A program made the translations under genes and the position numbers. The notes below the pieces were generated by a model. The model did no database searches and was not told where the DNA came from. It was given only the letters and a program-made list of their open reading frames with translations. A DNA stretch of 64,000 nucleotides, taken from the NCBI GenBank assembly GCA_964388035.1, contig CAYLZE010000011.1, positions 1-64,000 of the forward strand, given 5' to 3'. This stretch comes from an uncultured archaeon (GTDB taxonomy: Archaea; Asgardarchaeota; Lokiarchaeia; Sigyniarchaeales; SOKP01). Of this stretch, positions 19,351 through 28,679 are shown one piece after another (the stretch's first letter is position 1; every line of letters begins with the position of its first letter).

Positions 19351-21879
19351 ATGTTAGAGTCAATATGGTTAAAAAATTTTAGAAGACATCGGGATATCCA
19401 CTTCGAATTTGATGATAAATTCAATCTAATACATGGAAGAAATAATGCCGGGAAGTCCACGATCTTTTACGCCATAGAATATGGTCTTTTTGGAAATGTT
19501 CAAGGGTTTAAAAAGATCTCGCAATTAACCCATTTTAATCAAAAAACCATTGGAGTTCAAATAATATTTAAGGGAAAGGATAATGAGCGTTATAAACTAC
19601 AACGCATGCACAGATTATCCGGCAAGAGTTTGTCGGCTAAAGGTTTCTTTACTTTAAAAAAACTGGTTAATGGAGGAGAAGCGTATTTATTAAGCTCCGA
19701 CCATGGAGATCGGGAAGAAGATTTATCATTGAAGCTGAATCAAATTTTGGGCGTGACAAAACGCTTTTTTGAGACAGGAATTCACTTTTATCAGGGATCG
19801 GTATCTGAAATTTTAAAAGGAGATAAAAAATTAGACATTGTTTTTGGGATCAGGGCTGCAATAGCATTGGCAGACGAATTTAAGGACGCGGCATTAGAAT
19901 TTGAAAGAGACATAAAAAGCATCAATGTATTTCAGGCTACTTTAGAGCAAACTAGAAATGAAAAATCAGAATATCAAAAAAGACTAGGTACTCTTACCAC
20001 AGAACAAGAAAACCTGTCAACAACCATTCAACAAAAAGAACAAGAATTAAGTAATTTTGAAGGTTTTAAGGAGCAATCTCAACTTATTGCATCAGCTGTT
20101 GAAGCTCTTGAAGAAAAAGAAAAATCCCTTGAAAAGGGGAAAGTTCAGGAGGGGATCATAAAAAAAGACCTTGAGGAGATTATAAATAAATACGGCTCTG
20201 AGGCAAAATTGATTGATCTAAATGAGAAAGAAAAAAGGACGATGGAGGAAATTAATAAATCCATTATAACCTCTGATAAAAATATGGAAACCCAACAAAA
20301 TGAACGAAGAAAATTGGATAATGAAAAAGTGCAAATAGAAACAATGCAGAAACAAAAGGAGAACATTATAAAAGAAATTGAAACTATAATAAACGCGACA
20401 GGAAATAAAGAGAATTTGCTTTCTAAAATAATTGATGAAAAGACCAAATTAGAAAAAACAAATTCAGATTTAAGCTCTTTAGAAGAGGAAAGTAATTTTC
20501 TACAAGATTTTTTTAGGAAGATCGAAAGAGAAAAGGGAGACATTGAAGGTATTCTACAACGCAGAGAAGCATCAAAAGATAAACCCCAATGTGAATATTG
20601 TGGAAATCCCATCGATCCTTCTAAGATAAAAGAGGAAATCAAAATATGTAGTCAAAAATTGAGTAATATCAATGAGGAGATTAAAAAGAATGAGGAAAGG
20701 AAGGAAATTATAAAAACTGAATTAGCTTCCTTACGAGAAGACCAAAAACTATTGAACAATACAATCTTGACATTAGAAAGTTCCCATCAAAAAATAGTAA
20801 ATTTAGAGGAAAAATTGAAAAATGGATTATATGAGGAATTAGAAAAAAAAGGTAGAGCGGTTATAGATTCAATCAAAGTCCTTGAGGATTCATTAAAAAC
20901 CGAAAAAGAAACTCTCATTGAATTAAGAGAAAAAGAAAAACAAGCTCAACAACAATTTAATGAAACGCAATCAAAATTAGAACATTTTAAAGGGTTGATT
21001 AAAAAATCCGAAGATATTAGATTGAAAATTGAAAGTGCGGAAATAGTGTACGAACAAGAAAGAAAAAGACTTTTAAAAACCTTCATGGGAGTAAGGCAAC
21101 AATTAAGTGCGAGAATTGAGGAATATGAAGAAGACAAAGATGAGATTCATCATGAACTTGTGCATAAAATTAACACTATTGTTCAGAAAATAGAGAAGTT
21201 AGAAGATAACTTTTCATTGCAAAAATTGACTGAAATTAAAGAGGAATTTAAAGAATTAATCATAACGAAAATTTCTGAACTTTCGACAAGCATCAATCAT
21301 CTAAAGGAACAAGGAGAGAAAATGGTAAACCAATTAGATGACATTAAGAACAATATTAAACGATTGGATAAAGACATCGCAAAAGCAGGAAAGGAAATAG
21401 AAATTCTGGAGGAAAAGGAGAAAATTGCCCAAAAATATCGTAAATATCAAGAAAATTTTGAAAGAGTTCAATCCGTGATTAGAGAAAATGTATGCTCGCT
21501 CTTAGAAGAGCAAATTCTTGAATTACATAGAAATCTTTCCACGACGGATGAATTCGAAAAGGTACACGTTGATAATAATGATTACAGTCTCTCCATCACA
21601 CCTCATAGTTTAAAAGAAAAAGAATTTTATCCGGCGCATTTATATGAAGGAGGAGGTCATAAGCTAATTTTAGGTCTTTCCTACAAATTTTCATTAGGGA
21701 AAATAATAGGTAATGCTCCGTTTCTCCTTATTGATGAACCAACTGAATTCATGGACGAGAAAAATCGTGTCAATCTCTTATCAACCTTATCTACCATACT
21801 CCAGAATAATCAGGTCATGCTCATTACCCATCAAGATGTGAATAAAATCAATTGTAAGAAGAAAATCGAAATTAATTAG
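19351..21879 (+). CDS. Rad50/SbcC-like SMC-family ABC ATPase with zinc hook
   Basis: LKNFRRH, Walker A GRNNAGKST, Q-loop FYQG, coiled coils flanking CEYC, atypical signature YEGGGHK, Walker B LLIDEPT, H-loop ITHQ; ATG 19351 follows GGAG. Confidence 0.9.
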   Translation: MLESIWLKNFRRHRDIHFEFDDKFNLIHGRNNAGKSTIFYAIEYGLFGNVQGFKKISQLTHFNQKTIGVQIIFKGKDNERYKLQRMHRLSGKSLSAKGFFTLKKLVNGGEAYLLSSDHGDREEDLSLKLNQILGVTKRFFETGIHFYQGSVSEILKGDKKLDIVFGIRAAIALADEFKDAALEFERDIKSINVFQATLEQTRNEKSEYQKRLGTLTTEQENLSTTIQQKEQELSNFEGFKEQSQLIASAVEALEEKEKSLEKGKVQEGIIKKDLEEIINKYGSEAKLIDLNEKEKRTMEEINKSIITSDKNMETQQNERRKLDNEKVQIETMQKQKENIIKEIETIINATGNKENLLSKIIDEKTKLEKTNSDLSSLEEESNFLQDFFRKIEREKGDIEGILQRREASKDKPQCEYCGNPIDPSKIKEEIKICSQKLSNINEEIKKNEERKEIIKTELASLREDQKLLNNTILTLESSHQKIVNLEEKLKNGLYEELEKKGRAVIDSIKVLEDSLKTEKETLIELREKEKQAQQQFNETQSKLEHFKGLIKKSEDIRLKIESAEIVYEQERKRLLKTFMGVRQQLSARIEEYEEDKDEIHHELVHKINTIVQKIEKLEDNFSLQKLTEIKEEFKELIITKISELSTSINHLKEQGEKMVNQLDDIKNNIKRLDKDIAKAGKEIEILEEKEKIAQKYRKYQENFERVQSVIRENVCSLLEEQILELHRNLSTTDEFEKVHVDNNDYSLSITPHSLKEKEFYPAHLYEGGGHKLILGLSYKFSLGKIIGNAPFLLIDEPTEFMDEKNRVNLLSTLSTILQNNQVMLITHQDVNKINCKKKIEIN

Positions 21880-21888
21880 GTGAAAAAA

Positions 21889-22407
21889 ATGATTGAAACC
21901 GGTATTGAAAATGCTGTAAAAAAGTTTAGAGAAGACGTTCAAGGACTTTATTTAGCAAAATTAGAGTATTTAGACCAAATTTTTACATTTGCTCAAGAAC
22001 AAGCGAAAAATCACGTATCCATGGAAGATTTTGAGAGAAAAATGAGCTTTAATTTCTTAAAAGAAATTATTCTCAGGGTTAAAAATGATGAATTGTCTCA
22101 TAAAGATTTTTTTTTAGAAGGATTAAAAAGTAGTGATTTTTGGAAACCCTTAGCAAAATTAGTGCTCTTTAAGCGCATCGAAGAATTGCGAAAATGCAAG
22201 GTTCTAAAAAAAGGAAAAAAATATGATGTTTCTGGTCTTAAAGAAACTTTTATTGGAAAATATATCATGGATCGATTAAAATTCGAACGAAGATCCATGT
22301 TGGACGAAATAGAATACCTAAAAATAACTAGTGCTATAAAAAAATTGAAGTATGAAGTTCCTCTTTTAATCGAACCAACTACAACAGAGAAATTTTTTAA
22401 AGATTAA
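21889..22407 (+). CDS. Basic helical hypothetical protein in the SMC-MoxR-vWA operon
   Basis: Directly follows the ATPase stop; AGGTGA Shine-Dalgarno before ATG 21889; no recognised motif. Confidence 0.7.
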   Translation: MIETGIENAVKKFREDVQGLYLAKLEYLDQIFTFAQEQAKNHVSMEDFERKMSFNFLKEIILRVKNDELSHKDFFLEGLKSSDFWKPLAKLVLFKRIEELRKCKVLKKGKKYDVSGLKETFIGKYIMDRLKFERRSMLDEIEYLKITSAIKKLKYEVPLLIEPTTTEKFFKD

Positions 22408-22434
22408 ATTAGAATAAAAGAAAGTTGAAAATAA

Positions 22435-23364
22435 ATGACTAAAAGTGATGTAGAAAAAAAGGAAGATTCAGATAATTTTTCTGAATTGATGGAAAAAAGC
22501 AAAATTATTGATATTCGTGAAAATATTAATTTAGTTTTAGAAGGACAATATCTCTATGCATATGAGGCCATGATGGATGCATATAACGCAGGATTGTTCG
22601 TGGGCTTAGTGGGACCGGTTGGTTGTGGAAAAACAGCTTTATGCAGGAAATTTGCCTACGATTTGAAAAGAGAGTTCTATTGGGTCACCTTTTCAGATCT
22701 CGTTAGACCCGCAACTTTAATAGGATCGTTTGATCCTACTCTTGTTTTTAAATATGGCTTTGCAGCAGAATCTTACATCCCGGGTCCTTTTACATTAGCC
22801 TCCTTAAAGGGAGGCGTATTTCTGGCAAATGAATTGAATCGTGGGGATGAATATGTTTTGAATAGCATGTTAGATGCCATGGAAGAAAGACGATTATACA
22901 TTCCCCAACTTAAAACTTGGATGAAAGCCAGAGATGAATTTTATGTCATCGCCGCAATGAATCCCTCGGAACTCAAGGGTACCAGAAAATTGCCCTCAGC
23001 CATTAAAGATAGAATCAAAGTCTGGATTCACTTGGGTTATCCTCCCAGGTCCTTAGAACAGAAGATCATGGTTGCAAATTGCCCCGAATATCAACTCTCA
23101 GCAATGATGCAAGAGAAAATCATTGAATTAATGATAAAGATTCGTGAGGATCCCATGGTTGAAATTCCTCCCAGCTTGCGTACCAGTATTGGTCTTGCTC
23201 GCTTCATATCTCAGCGTGCTAAGAGGTTAAATGTGACAGTAGATAACAAGTTAGTCGCAGAATGCGCTAAATTAATTCTTCCTGACGCCCTAGAATTGCG
23301 TCCTGGAAGAGAGGTTAATGCATTTTTAAAAAAAATCTTGACAAGTGTTATTGGTGTTGCTTAA
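22435..23364 (+). CDS. MoxR-family AAA+ ATPase (CoxD/CbbQ/NorQ-like)
   Basis: GPVGCGKT, LIG...PGP, variant Walker B FLANELNR, AMNP, LPSAIKDR, PPSLR. Confidence 0.9.
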   Translation: MTKSDVEKKEDSDNFSELMEKSKIIDIRENINLVLEGQYLYAYEAMMDAYNAGLFVGLVGPVGCGKTALCRKFAYDLKREFYWVTFSDLVRPATLIGSFDPTLVFKYGFAAESYIPGPFTLASLKGGVFLANELNRGDEYVLNSMLDAMEERRLYIPQLKTWMKARDEFYVIAAMNPSELKGTRKLPSAIKDRIKVWIHLGYPPRSLEQKIMVANCPEYQLSAMMQEKIIELMIKIREDPMVEIPPSLRTSIGLARFISQRAKRLNVTVDNKLVAECAKLILPDALELRPGREVNAFLKKILTSVIGVA

Positions 23365-23384
23365 AATTCAAATGAGATGATAAA

Positions 23385-25949
23385 ATGGCTCAAAATAATT
23401 CCATGGATTCTATAAAAGTTGGAGACTTTTGGAATAATCAAGTATTAGAATGGAATCCGCTTACCTTTACGGTGGAATTCATTTATAGAATGCGTCAATT
23501 AAAACATAATCTTTTAAATTCTCCTAGTACACGACAAGCGATTGCGATTCCTAAATTAATGACTGCAATGTATTATCGAAAAATAAATCTCATCCCTGAT
23601 GATTACATAAAAGCAGCCGTAATTACAACTCCTATTGAAGACCAAGAAATCGCTGCTAAAATTGCTCATGATATCATCTTTTCCAAGCCAGAAGAGGTTA
23701 GGAAAAAAAAGATTAAGAGGGAAAGTAAGGAAACTAAACCAGGAAATAAAGTGATTACACAAGGATCGGATTTTATGGAAGATCTCCTCTCAGAGATAAT
23801 GGATGAAGAACTCCTTGATGAAAACTTGGATATTGAGGCTTTAATGGATCAAACTATTGAAGAAGTATCATCTTTAATGGATTTTATCAATAGTATCTAC
23901 GAAGAAGCAAGAAAAGGGTTGGAGCCTTATCAGAGCTTGGTCGATATTTTAGAGAGCAGAAGTAATTATCAAAATGTTTTAGGAAAGGGAATTTCTACAA
24001 TAGACCAATTGAAGGAATATCTTCATCAAATAATACAGAGAGAAAAAAGTACGCTTTTCCCTCAAGAAATTAAGTCTTCAATTAATTTAGGATGGGGACA
24101 AGACCTAATCAATCAAGATACGGCTCCTTGGATTAAAGCATCTGCCATGTATGGGACAAATAATCCCGACTTTAAGAATTATCTAAAGGATATATTAGCA
24201 AACGAAGACGTGGGAACTGCAGCTAAGACTAATGATTATCTGCAAAAAATTGGTATGGATCCGAAAAAGGCAGAGGATTTAACTAAACAATTAGTTGACC
24301 GAGTTTCTGATATTATGGATATTTCTGAAATCGCGAATGTATTGAGATCCGTTCCCGAATTTGATGAAAAAAAAATTATTCCTAATAGCCTAAATCGAGA
24401 TGTAGGTTTATCCTTTAATATCACCCGCGCATTAGATGAACAATTTTCTACCAATTTCACTAATCACTTTTTTGACGAATGGAGTAAAACCAATCCAGAT
24501 CCTTCATTATCCGAACTTTATCAAACACAAACTAAAAGTCCCTATTGGAATCAAAAAGTGAATGATTTTGTATCCTCAAAACTTACCGATTTATCGAGTA
24601 CTAATGGGAGTGCAGCGAATAATTTGATGAATCTTGCGAAAGATTTGAAAAATTATTCTATGGAATCTGAATATGAGCTTTGTGCTGATCTTTTTAATGA
24701 AAAAGCTGGTCAGGCGGGAATGAAAGCACTTGAAAAAGAAGTAGATATCAATCAATTTAAAAATAAATTGGAATCTTTAATCGAAAATGATATTAAGATA
24801 ATCCCGTCAGATGTTCTTCAAATGTCAAAGAAACTAGGCATTCCAGAAGTTGATGTGATTGAAATTCTAGGCGGGACTTTCGAGCTTTTAATTTCAATGA
24901 CCGAGAATAAAGTAGGAACTTTTGATCGATACTTTAAAATATTAAAAAATTTAAACTCCTTAACTAATGATCAGACCCGCGAATTGATGAGTAAGGCACT
25001 TGATGTTAACAATTTCCAAGCGTTAGGTGCTTTAGGCCATGCTAATTTGGGAAATGCGTTTAAAGTTTGCGAGCAGAATTTTCCGAATGCCTCCTTACAA
25101 TTATCAGAATCCCTTTCAGCAGGACCAGGTGACAATTTATTACTGCAATGGTTCTTACACCGTCATTATATTCCTCCAAAAGCTAAAGAGTTTGTTAGAA
25201 ATTTGGTTAAAGATGCTTTAATCAAAATTGCTTTAAATATGATTTCAAACCAGAGAGGAAGCGGAGAAAAGGGGTTGGTCCCTACAAATAAGCTGAGAAC
25301 TTTCCTTGAAGGAGATGACATGGACTTAATTGACATTGATGCATCAATTGAAAATATCATCATGCAAGGGAAATCATTAGAAATGGTATGTACAGAGGAT
25401 CTAATGGTAATGGAAGCTGAAAAAGGGCGAGTTTCAATATGCTTTCTATTAGATATCTCCGGTTCAATGAGTGGAATGAAATTAGCTGCTTGCTCCATTG
25501 CTGTAATGGTATTAATTGGAACCCTAAGAGCGGAAGAAGTGGCAATTTGTTTTTTTGAATCGAGTACGCATGTTGTTAAAGAATTTGGAGATGAAAAAAA
25601 TTTAGATGATGTGGCTGATGAATTATTAGACCTCCAAGCTCGGGGTGGGACGCAAGTTCAGAGAGCATTAGAATGGGGGGGAAATCAGTTGAAAGAAACA
25701 ACTTCAGAGTTGAAAGTATGTTTTTTATTGACGGATTGTGAATTTTCTGAATCAAATGAAGTACTCATTACGAATTTAGAAGAATATGTGAACCAAAAAG
25801 TGGAATTTCTCTTAGGGGTAAATACCAAGTCCTATTCAAAAAGAACTTCAGAATGCATTTTGGAAATGACAAAGGGTAAAATAGTATATATTTTAGAGAT
25901 AATGGATATTCCTAAAGTTCTCCGAGAGGTATTGGATCAAATCGGATAA
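23385..25949 (+). CDS. Large vWA-domain protein (CoxE-like partner of MoxR)
   Basis: C-terminal DIDASIE, MIDAS DISGSM, GGT, LLTD; about 600-aa helical N-terminal region. Confidence 0.88.
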   Translation: MAQNNSMDSIKVGDFWNNQVLEWNPLTFTVEFIYRMRQLKHNLLNSPSTRQAIAIPKLMTAMYYRKINLIPDDYIKAAVITTPIEDQEIAAKIAHDIIFSKPEEVRKKKIKRESKETKPGNKVITQGSDFMEDLLSEIMDEELLDENLDIEALMDQTIEEVSSLMDFINSIYEEARKGLEPYQSLVDILESRSNYQNVLGKGISTIDQLKEYLHQIIQREKSTLFPQEIKSSINLGWGQDLINQDTAPWIKASAMYGTNNPDFKNYLKDILANEDVGTAAKTNDYLQKIGMDPKKAEDLTKQLVDRVSDIMDISEIANVLRSVPEFDEKKIIPNSLNRDVGLSFNITRALDEQFSTNFTNHFFDEWSKTNPDPSLSELYQTQTKSPYWNQKVNDFVSSKLTDLSSTNGSAANNLMNLAKDLKNYSMESEYELCADLFNEKAGQAGMKALEKEVDINQFKNKLESLIENDIKIIPSDVLQMSKKLGIPEVDVIEILGGTFELLISMTENKVGTFDRYFKILKNLNSLTNDQTRELMSKALDVNNFQALGALGHANLGNAFKVCEQNFPNASLQLSESLSAGPGDNLLLQWFLHRHYIPPKAKEFVRNLVKDALIKIALNMISNQRGSGEKGLVPTNKLRTFLEGDDMDLIDIDASIENIIMQGKSLEMVCTEDLMVMEAEKGRVSICFLLDISGSMSGMKLAACSIAVMVLIGTLRAEEVAICFFESSTHVVKEFGDEKNLDDVADELLDLQARGGTQVQRALEWGGNQLKETTSELKVCFLLTDCEFSESNEVLITNLEEYVNQKVEFLLGVNTKSYSKRTSECILEMTKGKIVYILEIMDIPKVLREVLDQIG

Positions 25950-26095
25950 AACTATTTCTTCTCTCAAAAGAAAAATAAAGAAAAAGCAGAATCAGTCAAA
26001 TGGTTAGGTTTTGGATAATTCTGCGAAATCTACTTTTTTTTTAATAAATAACCATGTATGAAATCAATGGCTTTAAGTAAAGAAGCCATATTAAG

Positions 26096-26956
26096 TCATT
26101 TTTTCCATGCTACGCCTAAAATATACCCAACATAGTTTTTAGTGTTTTTTCTACTTAACAGCTTTCTTTTTGCCTTGCTGATTAAACCAAATTTTTTTCT
26201 TAATTCTTTGCTTTTCAAAGCTAATTTAATTATTTTGCCAAATATCTTGATTAATTTTTTATATCCTCCAAAATCATTAATAATTTTCCCAATATTGCTT
26301 TTGCTACCATATTCATGACATTTTTCTAAGTAAACATCAGAAAAGGAAGTACGATAAAAATTTTCTTGCCATTCAGAGGGAGTAGGAATATTCAAAGGTA
26401 ACTCAGTGAGATCTTGGAATATTTTTTCTGCTTGATCTACTTCTTCAGCTAACTCCAACGGAACGTCTTCTGTTTTAAACAATTCATTAATACCTAAACA
26501 TCCTCCTTTTTTTAAAACACGATGAAATTCTTTAAAAGCTTTTTCTCGGTCTAGAAATTGAGAAACAAAGACAGTTAAAACAACATCAAAGGTTTCAGTT
26601 TCAAATTCCAGATCATATGCATCACCTACTTTAAACTCAACTAAATAAGTTAACTCTTCTCTTTCAACTCGTTCTTTAGCTTTTTGAATCATGTGTTCCG
26701 CAATATCAATTCCGATAATTGAGCATCCATATGTTTTGGCAATGTATACAGCATCGCCCCCCGTACCGCAACCGACCACCAAAACTTTTTTCGCATTTTC
26801 GAGTTTACATAATTCTGCCAACCGTCCAATGGATTCAAATCCTCCTATTGTAAAAAAAGGAACGTCCAGATGAGCCATTAAATCGTAATAAGATAACTTT
26901 TCAAGCTCATCAATGGAATACATTTCTTCCTTTTTTTCATAATCTACCTTTTGCAT
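26096..26956 (-). CDS. Class I SAM-dependent methyltransferase
   Basis: VLVVGCGTG, GIDIA, GDAYDL.F..ETFD, RVLKKGG; ATG 26956 follows GGAGGT. Confidence 0.9.
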   Translation of the reverse strand: MQKVDYEKKEEMYSIDELEKLSYYDLMAHLDVPFFTIGGFESIGRLAELCKLENAKKVLVVGCGTGGDAVYIAKTYGCSIIGIDIAEHMIQKAKERVEREELTYLVEFKVGDAYDLEFETETFDVVLTVFVSQFLDREKAFKEFHRVLKKGGCLGINELFKTEDVPLELAEEVDQAEKIFQDLTELPLNIPTPSEWQENFYRTSFSDVYLEKCHEYGSKSNIGKIINDFGGYKKLIKIFGKIIKLALKSKELRKKFGLISKAKRKLLSRKNTKNYVGYILGVAWKK

Positions 26957-27071
26957 GTTTTTAACCTCCAATTCATTTATATTAAAATAAAACCAATCTT
27001 CATTTCACATTTTTTGAAGAATTATATTTACCTAACTTTAATAAAAAAATAAGAACATTTAAATATTTTCA

Positions 27072-27125
27072 TTTCATCTGAAATATAATGAAATCAAGAT
27101 TCAAATTATCTGAAACATATGAAAT
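27072..27125. promoter_or_regulatory. Putative operator array between the divergent methyltransferase and regulator genes
   Basis: Palindrome TTTCAtcTGAAA plus imperfect direct repeats ATCTGAAATATAATGAAAT and ATCTGAAACATATGAAAT. Confidence 0.45.
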
Positions 27126-27161
27126 TATAATTAATTAATTGCCAAAAGAATATTTTTTGAC

Positions 27162-27974
27162 ATGAACAATAAAGAAAATCGAGATAATGGGAAAGATCCA
27201 AAAGAAATAGAAAAAGTTTTGATGAAGTCTGCAAAGAATACTTTAATAAACACCATTTATAACAATCCCGTATTGGACATTGGAACTTTTAAAGAAAAAA
27301 TTAAAGATTTTTTACTCAATCCACTTTGGAATCAAGACTCTATTATTTCGTTGAAAAATACTTTTTCAATCTTAACCCAAAAAGATGAAAAAGAAAAAAA
27401 TCGGTTGATGAATAAAATCCAGAAAATTTTTGATGAAAATTATCTAAAATTCCAAGATAATTATTTATTCAAGGGACGGGTGAAGGAGTATGAAGAAATA
27501 TTAATCGACTTAATTAAACAAATTGCGGTCAGAAGAGGGCAAACATCAATAATGGGAACAATTATAGGATATTTGATAATCCATGAAAATGGTCTCACGC
27601 AGCAACAACTAAAAGAATTAAGCGGGAGCTCGATAGGATCAATTTCTACATATTTAAATAGCATGGAAAAAGCAAAATTTCTAGAAAAAAAAATGGTTGA
27701 GGGAACCAAAACCTATGTTTACTCATTTGGTGGAGATTTATCATACATGGCATTTAACATAGGCTTTGTAAAGAAAGAAATTAATGACCAAGTCACTCAA
27801 TTCATTGAGAATAAATTAAAGGAATTAGAAAATTTTAAAAATCAAAACGGTTATGACATTCTAACTAACCAATTACAAGATTTCTTAAAATCCCTAAAAA
27901 TTAGAGAAAAAATATTATTAAAAATTGAAAAGACCTATAAAGTGGAGCAATTTCTTAAATCTAATAAGGAGTGA
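27162..27974 (+). CDS. GbsR/MarR-like wHTH regulator with N-terminal extension
   Basis: IIGYLII...LTQQQLKELSGSSIGSISTYLNSM..AKFLEK...GTKTYVY. Confidence 0.8.
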   Translation: MNNKENRDNGKDPKEIEKVLMKSAKNTLINTIYNNPVLDIGTFKEKIKDFLLNPLWNQDSIISLKNTFSILTQKDEKEKNRLMNKIQKIFDENYLKFQDNYLFKGRVKEYEEILIDLIKQIAVRRGQTSIMGTIIGYLIIHENGLTQQQLKELSGSSIGSISTYLNSMEKAKFLEKKMVEGTKTYVYSFGGDLSYMAFNIGFVKKEINDQVTQFIENKLKELENFKNQNGYDILTNQLQDFLKSLKIREKILLKIEKTYKVEQFLKSNKE

Positions 27975-27982
27975 GATCGATA

Positions 27983-28525
27983 ATGTCTAATAACATGGTA
28001 TTTGATAGCAATATATTAAAAATAGAAAAGGAAATCGTGAATTATCTAATTAAATCCCCGTTATTCCTGGGGCAAGAACCTAAAAAAGTGCTAATAATTG
28101 CTTTATTTATTACGAGGAAAAGATTAACTCAGCGAATATTAAAACATTTAACAGGATATTATGCGGAAAAACCCTTTTCCTCGGGAAGTATCTCCATGGA
28201 ATTGAATGCTCTCGTTGAACAAAATATCATAAGAAAAGCACAAACATCCAGTTCTGGTGAAATTACATACGAGATAGAATCCATGGAAGCAGTGTTGATG
28301 AATTCTAATTTACAAACCTTAAAAGAATTAACAACTGTATTCGGAGATAAGTTAAAAATAATCAAAAAAGGAATGGAAGAGGAGAGGAAAGAAATAAAAT
28401 TTATCCACGGATTTTGGGCTGTATATAGAATCGTATCGCTTTTTTATAATACAATTGATTTCTCTAATAAAATTATAGAAATTTTAGAAGATGAACTCAA
28501 CGCGCGTGAAAATAAAAGTTCATGA
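27983..28525 (+). CDS. GbsR/MarR-like wHTH regulator
   Basis: LTQRILKHLTG...SSGSISMELNALVEQNIIRK; GGAGTGA Shine-Dalgarno before ATG 27983. Confidence 0.78.
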   Translation: MSNNMVFDSNILKIEKEIVNYLIKSPLFLGQEPKKVLIIALFITRKRLTQRILKHLTGYYAEKPFSSGSISMELNALVEQNIIRKAQTSSSGEITYEIESMEAVLMNSNLQTLKELTTVFGDKLKIIKKGMEEERKEIKFIHGFWAVYRIVSLFYNTIDFSNKIIEILEDELNARENKSS

Positions 28526-28679
28526 AAGAAAAAAAATGCTTTCTTCAAATCATTTAGTTCTATTAGGAAATACGTATTGAAAAAGGTTTTTAATAGTGGA
28601 AGTTTTCCTTTTTTACAAGCTATATTGATGAATCAATTTTATCCAAGTAATACATTGTAATTAAAAATATAAGGATATC

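Noticed and set aside
20145-20642. 165-aa antisense ORF and similar short overlapping ORFs in the track (e.g. 2118-2333, 25166-25498, 61091-61441, 63367-63690)
   Set aside because: These are shadows of well-supported genes on the opposite strand, with biased composition and no motifs.
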